DNA of 64,000 nt from Paramecium tetraurelia. Its lineage: Eukaryota. Under the pieces are notes generated by a model. It had not been told where the DNA came from. It did no database searches and worked only from the letters and a program-made list of their open reading frames with translations. Positions within the stretch are counted from its first letter, which is position 1. Each line of letters opens with the position of its first letter. Made by a program: the position numbers and the translations under genes. The stretch is taken from positions 124,001 through 188,000 of the forward strand of contig CT868285.1 in NCBI GenBank assembly GCA_000165425.1. Direction: 5' to 3'. Positions 27,345-40,521 of the stretch are shown here, piece after piece.

Positions 27345-30300
27345 ATGAATCCTGAACCAATTACATATTCTTCTTTGATAGTCTTGAATATGAGTGCATT
27401 TCCAAATTTATCACTCTACACCAATGGATTCAGCTCATAGAATTTTAATTTGAGATCATTTCATTAATTAAAAGGAGACTTAGATCAAGATTACTAAAAT
27501 TGTGTTTTTCGAATATTTCCAGTTTTAAATTACAGAGCTCATCATGATCTGATCGAATAATTCAAGGATTCTAGTTTTAACAAATTTGAAGAATTGGAAT
27601 AGAAAGATAGAAAGCATAAAATTTAAACAACATTGTTGAATTTAGAAAATGAATTGTCTTCTAACATATCTCTCAATAATAAGTTAGCAGGAACTCCATT
27701 GGTGTTTAGCTCTTCTATTTTTCATTTAGTTCATGTTTCCTCTTTGAAATTTCTGGCTTTGGATGACAACAATTTGGAGGCCATTCAATTTAAGTTAATT
27801 GATTTTCCGAACGACAATACTTTATTGAAGTTTAATCCCTGTCTAAATTTTTAGAAGTTGAGAACCAATGTAGTTTACAGCGGTGATGTGGTTTGCATTT
27901 CAGCGAATAAGCAAGTGTGCAATAGAACTGCAAATTTGTTTAGTGATTATTGGGGATTAAACTATTATGAATTAAACGATGAACCATAGAAATATGAAGA
28001 TGAAGTGTACAGAGCAAAGGTGATTGCCTCTGTTGAAGACTCAACTTAATGGAGAATAATGATATTTTAAAATTAGAAAGAGAATTAAGAGACTCTCTTT
28101 GTTGGCGATGTGGCCATATTCAATTTGCCTGAGTTGAACGTAACAATTTAATAAATCCTTAGTTGTATTTTAATGCTAAGAAAACATAAGATATATAGGA
28201 AAAGGTAAAGGAAATCCTTGATCGGAATTCTGGGGATGACATCAGCAATCTGATTCAGGACAAATTTGTATTAACAAAATAGCAAACCTTATTTCCAATC
28301 GCTTAAGGTGCTATTTCAAGGTAAGTCAGCGAGGAGGTGGGGAAAAATGAATAGAGGAATAATAAATCCGATTCTCAAAACAATAGCAACCTTTATGAAA
28401 GATAGAAATCCATGCAATCTCGATCATCTTAAATTATTTAACCCTCCAAAAATGTCAAGGAGATAGATTAGGCTTTGTACTCAGAACTGAAAATCCATTT
28501 TAGTGATTTTAATAGCAACAAATCAGATAAAGTTAGAATCCCATTTAGTGCTTATTGGAGGATAGAATCTGATAATTTTAGTGGAGGAGAAGTCAAATGG
28601 GAGAAGTGCTACAGAATAAGGCATTTTCAAACAGGCTAATATTTGGACATCAACATTATGCGGTAAGTCAGACTTACAGATTAAGTTCCGAAGAGTACTT
28701 TATTTTAGTTTGTTCCCATTAAGTAGAATTCTAAATTTGTCAGTAAGGATTCTTACTTTCTAATTAAACATTTCCAAACAGGAAGTTATATTTCTCTAAA
28801 GAATGACCAGGAATTGCACATGAAGGATGTTAGTACTTCTACTGATATAAACTTGATTAATATTATGAAATTCAGAAAAGCTGATTATGAGGATGTTTGG
28901 GAAAAAAGATTCTTAGTGTTTTTAGTACCAATGTTGAAAGAGGCCATCTCATTTTTTGAGAGAGTTCAGCCACTTGCAAGTATAGTATACATGAAGAAGA
29001 GTGAGGTATAAGAAAGAATAGAATTCTACTACTTATTTGATAAACTTAGCTCTCTATTAGATATTTTGAATCAATTTATGTACAATAAATTAGTCAGCAA
29101 TATCCAAACCACTTAAGATTTTTCATTTGTCTCGCAGAATAGGCAAGATGTCATCAGAGAAGAAAACATCTTGCCTTTATTAATTTGGCTAATTTGTAAG
29201 ACTTTTCCCACTCCAGATGAAAAGACTGAAGGATCTGAATAGACCCTCACTAGTGATTTATGCGGAGAGGCTTCTTTCATTCTTAGAGTTTAAACTATGC
29301 TTCATTAAAAAGTAGATAAATCCAATGATCTTGAATATGAGAGGAAGGTGCAAAAGTTGAAGGAACACTTGGAGGAAAATCACAGAAAAAGAAAGAGACT
29401 TCTATAGCTAAAATTATTTGAAACTATCAGAATAGCCTGTCATAACAACTTGTAGAATTAAGAAATTATAATGAAATTCTTCAAATATTTTGAAAAATAC
29501 ATTTCAATTGACTATGTATGCAATACTATCATCCTATGCATTACAAAAAACTATTCTATTTTGAGCTCATTGAACAAATAAGAATTACCAAATGATATGA
29601 AATAAACATAAAATATGAGTTTAGAGTAGAAAGTCCAAAAAAGTCAAAGCACCATTTTATCCAGATTAGTAGATAGTCTGTAAAAGAGTGATTAATTGTA
29701 ACCTTATTTACTTAGATTTATATCTGAAACTTGCGAAGCTAATGGAGAACCTGTGTTTTCAAACTAAGAATTCTTATTGAATCAAATTTAATCTCTGCAT
29801 TAAAAGGTTAAGAATGATTAAGGGGAAGATAAAGTACTAATGAATCTGGAACCAATAAAAGATTAAGAAGGAGATTACGTAGAGTTTTATATTACCTATA
29901 AAACATCGAATAAAATATATGTAACTAAAATGCTGAATGAATTTCTAATTGATTATCGATAATAACGAGAGTTCGACCCAATTTATGTGTTACAATACAA
30001 TTATCTAATTGAATCTCTAGCATTCTATTCTAATATTTGTTTTCATCGAAATACAGCAGCCAGATAGTTAATTTCAAAAACATTCACCTATTCCTTTTTG
30101 TTATCATATGCTGAATAAAATAATTAATCCTCTGGTGATTCATATTATGTGGATGAATAGGTAAGGGCGTATTTCTTCAGAATGATCAGAACTTTGTACA
30201 TAGACAGAGAACCATATACTACTACACCTAAACCTGAGTTGGTCAGAATTTTAGAAAATAAAACTACTTAGAAATAACTATTTTTATTTGATGAAGCATC

Positions 30301-33300
30301 CAGTAAAAAGCAAGTGAAAGGGGATTTTGATATTTAAAAGTTAAAAACAAAGATGCTTAAATATTTAACTAATCAATCAGAAAAATTGGACAAGAACTTA
30401 GATGAAAACTAGGTTTACAATATGGAGACTTTGGAAATCATTAAAATTTTAGAACTTATGTTGAAATTTGAATTATTTTGGAAGAAGGAAAGTGAAGTAC
30501 CTGCTTCAAAGAAATCTACTCAGAAAAGAGGAACTTCAGTATTCAATAAGGTTTAAGAGACTGGGGGTGGTTTGAGAGAAATTTATTAATTAATTACAGC
30601 TCTCTCTAAAATACTTGAATATGATCATTAATATTTCAAATGTCTTGATAATGCCAAAATTAAAAGGAATTTTTAAGTTGATAAAGATAAGGACCAAGGA
30701 TTTATGAAATTTAACATTTCAGGTATCAGTCAAGTTTTCGAAAAAGAAGATAAAGAAAAGGAGGAACAAGAAATCTAGAATTCAAATTTTAGGCAAGTCA
30801 AATAATAAGACACTGAAGTTATAAATGATTCACTATTCAAAAAAATGAAAAATTTAAGAAAAGTCCTCCATAGATATAATAACAAAACCTTCACTTTGAG
30901 AGAAAATAAGGAGGAAGACTTTTAAGTCCTGATAAAAATACAGATCTGTTAAATATTTTCATATTTGATGGATGTTTCATAAGATTATTGGATTGACAGT
31001 GCAATTGAGTTTTATAAATCCCATATTCAGGATAAATAAATGAATGATGAAATCAATGAGGAAGACTTAATTAAATTGTTTCCTCAAGAAATCTTAATGT
31101 CAGGAGAACAGTGGGTAGAGAAGCCTGAATTGGAAAGGAAGCCTATTAGACAATCTGGTCCTACTCTGAAAAGCTTTGATGAAGTCCTCAAAAGACCTTT
31201 TATTGAAGTGTTGTTAATTTCCTTATATTTTGCACGAAATCCGTAATTAGAAAACTAAATAGTGGAATTGATCCAAAGATTTGCCAGATAAAAAAAGGAG
31301 TTCTTATAACACTTTGATAACATCCAGATATTAGATACAAATGAATCCTAGTAATTGTTTAAGGTTTGGGTAAAAATGATAGCATCATTGAAGAACAATG
31401 TACAAAGAAGTTAAACATGGATTACAGAGAAGAATAGAATCATGGAACAGACTCTTTAATGCTTATGGAAAATTGATAGCATATTTCAATAGACTGAGAG
31501 CGTCTCATTAAAATTAAAACAATAAATTTTTGAGCACATAGGTGGATATGAAGTCTTATTAGAATTAATTTATAAATCTTTAGTTGTGATAGATTAAAAG
31601 TCTTTTCACCCGGATTTAATTGCTTTATTAAAGCATACTTTGAATATTATGGGATTATTCGCAAAGGATAACGAGCGGAATGTATTAACTGTTTATAGAA
31701 AGGTTGTTAAAAAGGTTATTGAGAACACCAATTAAAATATTGGATAAATTAGTTTATTGTGTTCTTTATTTGAAAAAAAGCCAACTTTGTATGGCCAACT
31801 TGGATAACAGGAATATGATTATTTCATTATTTTGATAAAACAACATGGAAGATACCCTGAGTTTTTGCAATTTTATTTTGAGATTTTGGAAGTGACAGAA
31901 ATACATTCTAAAAAATCTGTAGATATGTTTGAAATTGTTATTGAAAAACTTACTGAACCAATGATGCCAACTGAATCAGGTTTCATTCATCCATTGTATC
32001 CCTTTTAGGATAATAACAGAGTTTCAAGTTTCTTTGATTATTTGCCCAATAAGACTAAATATAGCTATCTATTCATTAATATATTATCTAAGTGTTTATC
32101 AAAGAAGATTAAGGCATCATTAATAAACTAGGCAATCGAATTCTTAAAATTGCAAGATGTTTTAGAAAATACTTTGAAAGTGACGCACAGAATATTGGAA
32201 TGCATCAAATAAAAGGAGAAACCTAATTTTGAAGATACTCAATTACAGAGTGATTACTGGAACATAATAAAATTTATGATCTTTCATAAACATGAAACAT
32301 TGGATGATCTAATGCTCAGATCTAATTCAGATACTTTAAACAAGATATTAGAATTTGAACATTAAGCCATTATATAGAAAGATTAATTTGTACCATAAAA
32401 TTTGAATTATCTATTCGATTCCTTATTGCCAGTAGTGAATAGATATAATGAGCTCCTATAAAATGCTTTGATGTCTTCAGAAAAAGATTAGATTCAAATA
32501 AGCCAATTCGTTAATTTCTTTCTAAGCAATCTTGATAGGATGTTTTTCTTAGCGCCATCAGAATTGACTAATAACAAATAACGATTATAAACAATCTCAG
32601 ATTTAGGTTAAAGTTTTAATATTTAAGTACCTATTAAATTCGTTTAATCTGAAATCAACAATAATGTCTAAGACGAAAGGACTTCTGACTTATAAACCTA
32701 AAGTCAATCTCAATAAGATAATTCGTAAATCAGTCAATTTAGAAAGTAATATTTTGGATAAGAATTTGTTAAGGATTTAGTAAAAAAGGAATCCCTAAAG
32801 TTGTCGAATTCTATTTGGACGATCTAAAAGATGTTTAAGGATGACAAAACAAAAGAAGTTAAAGACCTCTTGTTGACAAACTCTGATATTATAGTGAAGA
32901 TTCTGACTTACTTAGAATTTTGGAGAACCAATGGAGCTAGTAGAGAAAATATTATATTTATTTTGAAGGTGTTATCTGCCATCTTAAAAGACACTGAAAA
33001 TGAATTATTTGAAAGATAAGTTTTATTTAATAGAATGAATGTCACTTAGATACTAATAGTGTTATTGTGCGAATCAGAACTTGAGCCTGTTTATATGGGA
33101 ACACTAATGTCTTTTATGATTTTACTCTTAAAAAATGGGAATTCACATGTGTAACGAACAGCATATGAATATTTCTTGTCAAATTCTTAATGTGAAAAAT
33201 TCTTCAAGTAGTTTAAGGATGTTTTTGATATTCAAATACTATCAATGAGTAGAGCTCATAAACTAAATTATTAAGAGAATAAATTAGTCTGCAAGGCACT

Positions 33301-35898
33301 TAAACTTATTTAGTTATTTTGTGAGGGACATAATTAAGATCTACAAAATTATATGAGATCACAATTTAATCAGAAAAATTCATACGACTTGGTATCATAG
33401 ATTATTTTATTGCTTTATACATTTCAAATATCTAAGGCCAATTATGAAAGTGTTTTGTAATGCTTCGAGACCTTGACAGAACTAATATAAGGACCTTGCA
33501 AACAGAATCAATAAACCCTCTTAAAAAGCAATTTATTGGAATATGTAGTTTTGATAATATCAGAGGATGAGAAGATCTTTGAGTAATCAAATGAGTATTT
33601 TAAATATGATGGAGAGAAATCGTATCGCATATCAATTCATCCTGGCTAATTAGCAAGACTAAAGTTTAAATGTTTAAATTGCTTAGTATCTCTATTGGAG
33701 TGTTGTGAACCTTAGAATTCTGATATAGCCAGATTGGTAAGAGTAATACCCTTAAATGTATTGACAAACAACTTAACTCGAGTTTACAAGTTATTCAAGA
33801 ATTTTGGAGGAACTTACAATGAGGAATTATTTTCAAGGGCTGAAGCCAAAATTACAAATGAGCAACCCCCAGAATATTATGAGTTTATAATTGAAAATGG
33901 CTTTTTTATATTACTGTTGATGCAATAATTTTTAGGCAATTAAAAAGCAAAATAATTACTGTATGAAGATACTGAGATGAATGATGTTTTGAATGAATTT
34001 TCTGAGAAAAATAAGGTTGAAGAAAATGCAATAGCCCACATTTTTTTAGGTTTAGAAAATATAGCCAAAATGGGAGGTAACTTCATAGGATAGATTGCCT
34101 TAACTTAAAAATCTGAAGAAGAACAAAAATAAGACAAAGTAATCTAAGAAAAATTACTACAAGAGAAGATAGAGTAAAAAAGATTAACAAAAGATGCAAT
34201 TAGGTTTTTTAGATAGAATACATGCTCTATTGATATGATAAGAGATCAGAAATTATATACCATTTACTTTCCAAAATTACCAATATGCAATCTACCAAAA
34301 AGTGCAAGACTAGAATTTCATGATCAAGTCAATAGAACTAGTAGTAAAACTAAATTGACATATTTAATGGAGAGAGCCAACTTTTTAATAAAAGTGATGA
34401 TTTACGAAGAAAAATTGAATTAAATCTTTGCAAAGAATCCCATATTTGCCTTTTTTGCTTCCTAAGGTAAGTTATGGGAGAACTTGGCTTTTGTGACTAC
34501 TTTAGTAATCAATTTCATTGTGTTATTGAGTTACTCATAAGACTTTTATAATAGTGGGGATTAAGGGAATTCAGGAGACTTAATATATGAAAGACTTCAA
34601 GATCCGAGAATATTTGGAATAAAATAATCAACATGGACTCCCATTATGATTTAAGGATTAGGAATAACGATGCTTGTTTTCAGTTCATTAATTGTATTCT
34701 TTTTTTTGGTGAAAAGAGCTCCTCTAAAGGTGGATCATATATGGGAAGATTATCAAAAGTAAAAAAAGTTAATAAGCACTATATATGATGTAAGTATCAG
34801 AAGTGTTAAAAGTTTTTTTATTTTGTTGCAGGATCCTGATATATTATACTATTCAATCTACATAATTGCAGGGATAGTGGGTTTGACAGTTCATCCTTTT
34901 TTCTTTGCTTTTCATTTAATGGACTTTTTAAAATTGTAATAATTGAAGACAGTCTTAGATGCAATATGGGGACCTCGAGAAGAAATTGGATTAGCATTAC
35001 TTCTTTTGGCAGTTATTGAGTATTATGTGGGCATATTAGGATTTGTGATATTCTTTAATGATTACCCAATAGTGGATGGGTTAGGTTGTGAAATATTATC
35101 AGATAATGACCATATAAATTGTGAAAGAGGATGCAGTACAATGTGGCAGTGTATTTTTATGAGTTTCGACTTAACCTTTAAATTTACAGGAGCTTTGGGT
35201 TCAGGAATAATGGACTATAATACAATTACTACTCTGACTCAAAATTTTGATATGATAAACAATCCATGGGATAGAGTTAAATAAGCACAGAATGAGTATG
35301 ATGGAGTGGACCATTCATTTACATCCAATTATGTTAGTCGATTTATATTTGATAATGCGGTGAATATAGTGTTAGTGATGATTATGTTGAATATGATTCA
35401 AGGTATCATAGTCGATACTTTTGGTTCTCTGAGAGAAAAGCTTTAGGAGAGAATCAAGGATTAGACTATGAAATGTTTTATTTGTGGTATAACAAGGGAA
35501 AAGTTTGAAAAGAACGATGAAGGAGGAGGTGTGGGGTTTTAAGAACATATCGAATAAGAACATTATATGTGGAATTACATTTATTATTATGCATATCTGA
35601 AGCACAAGGACGAAAATGATTATAATGGTAATGAGTCTTACATCAAGGAGAAAATTGATATGAAAGATATCAGTTGGATGCCCATCAAGCGGTAAGAGTA
35701 ATATTCTATAGTATTAGAGCGAGATTTGCTGAGGAAGACATGGATGATCAGCAAAAGGGGAATGAAATTTAGGAAGCAATAGAAATGAAAATGAAAGTCA
35801 TGAATGATTCTCTAGAAAAAATATAGGATAGAATAAAACACATTATTGATAACATCAATAATCAACCTACAGGTATGAAAGATACATTTCATGAATGA
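27345..35898 (+). CDS. IP3 receptor/RyR-superfamily Ca2+-release channel (Paramecium CRC family)
   Basis: N-terminal suppressor/MIR-like region (NCVFRIFP, WRIES..GG.VKWEKCYRIRHFQTGQYL), RIH-associated LIQLFCEGHNQDLQNYMR and TLTELIQGPCKQNQ, TM region, then NMIQGIIVDTFGSLRE, KCFICG, EHYMWNY, DYNGNESY, DISWMP. About 2800 aa. Confidence 0.95.
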
Positions 35899-35930
35899 AT
35901 GAATGATTATATATTTTTTATTAATTAATT

Positions 35931-36563
35931 TCAATAATCCTGAATTCCTGTATATTCTGACTATTTCACTTCTTCTTCTCTTACATCCCCCTTTAGATTT
36001 TCAAAATATTCCTCCTCCATATCTAAATTCATCTATTTTTAATCATCATAATCTCTATAATTAGGTTTAAATGTACTCATTTTAATCAATTTATTAGTAA
36101 TCTATGAAATCTTTGTCTAATCCATTGATGAATCTATCATGCATCAATCGTATTAATATGTCTTCCTGATCCTCCAAGTCTGCATCCTTTATTCTTGCCT
36201 CAATCATTAAATCTAATGCGTTTCAAATAAAAATACTTGGATAATCATGATTTGGACCTAATTTATCATACATTTCTTATAAATGAATTTCGTATTCTTA
36301 TTTCTAAATTTGATCGATCAATATTTCTGATAAAACTATATTACCATCTGGCCTTTTGTTCTAATTACGAATGTACTGTCCGACATAGATAAAATATAAT
36401 AATGGCTATAATCTAAAATTGCAAATTATAGTACATCTCTCATTCTAATTTATTCCTCGCTAAAGTATTCCTCCTTTTCAATCAATTCTTATAGTTTTTT
36501 AAACCTTCTATTCAAAATTGTTTTAGGTATATTTTTTGTAATTGGTATGTATTTATTTTGCAT
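35931..36563 (-). CDS. CCDC97: CCDC97/DUF2052-family protein
   Basis: ILNRRFKKLQELIEKEEYFSEEQIRMR..PLLYFIYVGQY, with acidic C-terminus ending YTGIQDY*. Confidence 0.8.
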
Positions 36564-36613
36564 TAAATAATTATTTAATTAATTTCCTATTCAATAACCC
36601 ATTTTTGATTAAG

Positions 36614-36652
36614 TATTGCATTCATTTATTGCATTCATTTATTGCATTCATT
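36614..36652. repeat. Perfect 13-bp tandem repeat x3 (tattgcattcatt)
   Basis: Read directly; lies about 50 bp upstream of the CCDC97 ATG. Confidence 0.9.
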
Positions 36653-37064
36653 ATTTATTTGTAAAAGAAATTTGATTTATGGTGGTATGAATTAGTAAGA
36701 AAAATGAAACAATTTGTTTTTAATAGTATAATTTGGGATATGAATTAAGAAAAGATAGACATATTTAGATTCATAAATAATTTATATTAACTCATCAATT
36801 AAGATCAAGTTGATATCTATTTCTTTCTATTGAAATTATTACTCCAATATCATTATAAATTATTAAAAGTAGAACAAATTAAAAACCATTAAAATTTTGG
36901 TAATCATAAATAATACTTCATCATCTTCATGTTTTAGATCTATTTTTATAATCTCATAAAAATATCATAATATACTTCGAGAAATATTCAAATTGAGTAA
37001 ATCTTTTTTCACTTTAAAATCTTAACAATTAAAAAAAATACTTATTAATTATTTATAGAATTTC

Positions 37065-39417
37065 ATGGATAGCCAGGATCCATCTTCTTAATATTTATTA
37101 TTGGAATTAGGATATGCAAACAGGTTCGGAATAAAAAATAATGTTTGCCTTGTTGCTCCAGCTTATCAATAAGAAAAATAAAAGTCCAATTTAGTTTCTA
37201 TTAGAATTTCTAAGAATAATATTGACGAGAAGGTTCTATTAAAGTACAGAACTCTAAAATTCTTAACTATATTACAACCTGAGTAGTATTTTTAAACTGA
37301 ATATGAACACTGCCTTATCTATGAAAACCTTTATGAGCATCTTTTTACTAAAGAGAAATTGCCCAACTTGACTTATGATGAGGGATAAAAATTTCTACTC
37401 TAACTTGTCCTAAGTATGTTTTTCTGATATTTACATTAGCATTTGCTGAATTTGAGAGAAGGAAAATCTATTGGGAACTTAAGTCTATTAATCAAATATA
37501 TTATATTTAAGGAATAATTTATTTTTCATTATTGGAATATGGATTTGAAAATTTTAATCAGCCGTTTAACTATTTATAAAGTTTCTGGTCCTTTTTTAAT
37601 GAACATTTGAGCTATAAGTTTAATGATGTTGCATAATTAAGATTCGCATAAAGTTTTGATGATATACTTTAATATTTGTTTGTAAAAAATGGAGATCTTC
37701 ACAAAACCCCCTTGTTAGATAGTCCTCCTTATGAAAAAGTTCTACAATATCTATTGAATATTGATAGATTTCATAAATTATATAATGGAAACTGTATTGT
37801 AAAATAATTTAAGAAAAAAGGACTCTTCTCTATTTATCCTAATTTAACTGAAGATATTGTCTATAAATCAACTGAAATTAAAGGTAATGAAGAATCATAA
37901 AAATAACTGATAAAGTAAATTTAAAGAGATATCGAATTGATGGAGTTATTCTCAAATAAGGACAACGTAGCCTCCTGTTTTACATATTTAAGAATTAAAG
38001 AACATGCATTTTTACTTTACAGGAAGTTTACTGGAACATTAGCAGATAGATTTAAGAATTGGCCTAAAAAAGAATAAACTCTCGATTCAATAAGAAAAGA
38101 TGTTTATGTCATTGCATCAAGAACTGCAGATTGTATAACGATTGTTTTATTTTAGCATTAAAAATTTTGCATGAAAAAAATATAATTCATAGAGATTAGA
38201 AACCTGAGAATATTTTCCTTGATAATGAGAATATGTCTTAATCATTCAGTTATGTTGGTGATTTTGACTGCTCTAAGTAAATTAATGATGAATTAGATAT
38301 AACTTGTACCAATGGTGATTGCGCTTTCACCGCTAAATATGATCCCCCTGAAACAAAATTAACCTCAAAATATGATATCTTCTAGTTAGGTTTGATTATA
38401 TATATTCTTGCAAATAAAGGAAAATATATTGGAAAGTAATCACCAAGGTTATTAAAAGATGATGAGCATTATTCATTTTATAGCAAATAGGCTATCCAAA
38501 TATAATTGTCATCTCTTAATTATGATAGTAGATTCATAGATATTATTGCTTAATGCTTGCTCAAAGATCCAGAAAAAAGGCCTGATATATTCTAAGTTTG
38601 TAGTTAGCTATCGATATTCAAAGCCGAAAATAAAATAAAAATTAAATCAAATACTAATATTGAAAAATAAGATTAAAGTAATAATCAATACCAAAAAGTT
38701 TTATAACGAAGTTCTACATTAGACTTATTTTCAGGGGGCAGCTCACCCAATTTGGCTGGACTTGCTTAAAATAATAATTATGATTCCAGTCCAAGCCCTA
38801 CAAAAAGTTAAAAAATTAGGATATTAAGTAATGAAACAGTCTAGAGCTAGGTATTAATTAATTAATAATAATAAAATTATATACCTCCAGCTTAAAATTG
38901 CATTCCTTTTTCATAAGTTTAAGAAAATAAATAACCTTATTATTAATAACAATTGAATTCTCAAAATTTGGATTAAAGTAATTTTGCATAATCTTAATAA
39001 ATTAACTAATAAATATAACAAAACTTTAGTTAAAACATTAATTAAAATTTTAATTAAAACTTTAACTAAAACTTTAACTAAAACTATAATTAAAACTATA
39101 ACTAAAACTTTAACTAAAACTATAACTAAAATTGTAATTATTATAATGTTCCCTAGCCATAACAAAATAGTTACATCAATACACCTAATAATCAATAATA
39201 ATGGACAAATTAATAATAATTTCCACCTTATAGTCAATAATAATATTCAGATAATTAATAATACCAATCCTGTAATCAATAATAATAGTAATTTTAATAA
39301 TAAACAAACAATTAATAATAATTCTAATAATAGATTTAATTTAATCCATAATTATAAAAAACATTGAGTTCTAAAAATATTAAACTTATTAACTCTTAAA
39401 CTGGAGGATTTTAATGA
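37065..39417 (+). CDS. Atypical protein kinase (degenerate kinase-like module + kinase with DFD) with Q/N-rich tail
   Basis: HRDQKPENIFLD, YVGDFDCSK, YDPPE, YDIFQLGL, PEKRP. The tail has N[F/Y]NQ repeats. Intron at 37414-37439; TGA at 39415-39417. Confidence 0.8.
39020..39135 (+). repeat. Coding 12-nt repeat (N-F/Y/I-N-Q)n
   Basis: aactttaactaa / aactataattaa units, about 9 copies; TAA reads as Gln. Confidence 0.85.
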
Positions 39418-39798
39418 TTATATAATTAAAATGTAAACTAAGTGTTTTTCCTAATTTTATTATCTATATTATAAATTCATAAATACATACATATATATAT
39501 ATATTAAATATGATAACCATTAGGAATAAAAAGTATTCAAAGAGGGTGAAATAGAATATTTGAAAAAAATGTTAATTATATAGATATTATTTATTCTAGT
39601 GTTTTGCTTAAGTTCTGTCTTAAATGAAGTATTTAAATTATTTTACACTATTTCATTTATTTTTCTCATGTTTCTACATTGATTAACCTCTACCTATTAT
39701 TATATGCACATTATAATTCCAAAACCATTTGTTTACCGAATTGATTATCAAATATATGAAATAATATACATTTATTAATTCATAAATTTTAATTATTG

Positions 39799-40484
39799 AT
39801 GAGTGATCAATTTGATGATGATGATTTTGTTGATGGAGAAGAAATCTAAAATAAAAATTCCAGCAAATAAGAAGAAATTAGCACTGAGCAATAAAATCAA
39901 TCTAAAAAAGTTGATGAGATGGATGATGATGAAGAAGAATAAATAATAATTACAGAAGATAATTAACCAAATTCAACAGAAATAGAACAGCAAATCTAAG
40001 ATAATGAAATTCAAGTACAATTCTTTGATCAAACTTAGAGCCAAGAATAGCAGAGTTAAAAAAGCATCGAAAATTAATAAATTATCGAATAATAATAAGA
40101 AACCCATGTAGAAGAGGAAATGAAAAATCCTGAATTATAATAACAAGTAGCAGTAGACAATAATAATATTTAATAATAAAGTATACATAAAGATGAAAAT
40201 ACATAATAAAATGACGAGGATTTTGAGGAAGGAGAAGAAATATAAATTGAAAATGTAGAAGAAAATGTTATGAAAATATAGGAGTAAAATAATTAAATCG
40301 AAGATAAATAAATAGAATCAGAATAATAAGAGCAAGGATAATAAGAATATTAGTTATAATAATAATAATAATAATAACAATAAGAATAACAAAGATAAGA
40401 ATAAGAATAATAACAAGATGAATAACAACAACAATAATAAGAGTAATAATAACAATAATAAGAGTAATAATAACAATAATAAGA

Positions 40485-40521
<37 letters not shown>

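Noticed and set aside
27260..27353. Upstream ATG as channel start or regulatory uORF
   Set aside because: It is out of frame and ends at TGA. The ATG at 27345 has typical AT-rich context and fits the IP3R N-terminus, and there is no evidence the upstream ATG is transcribed.
38911..39367. KTLT/KTII-repeat and hydrophobic ORFs in the track
   Set aside because: They are off-frame and antisense readings of the N(F/Y)NQ kinase tail.
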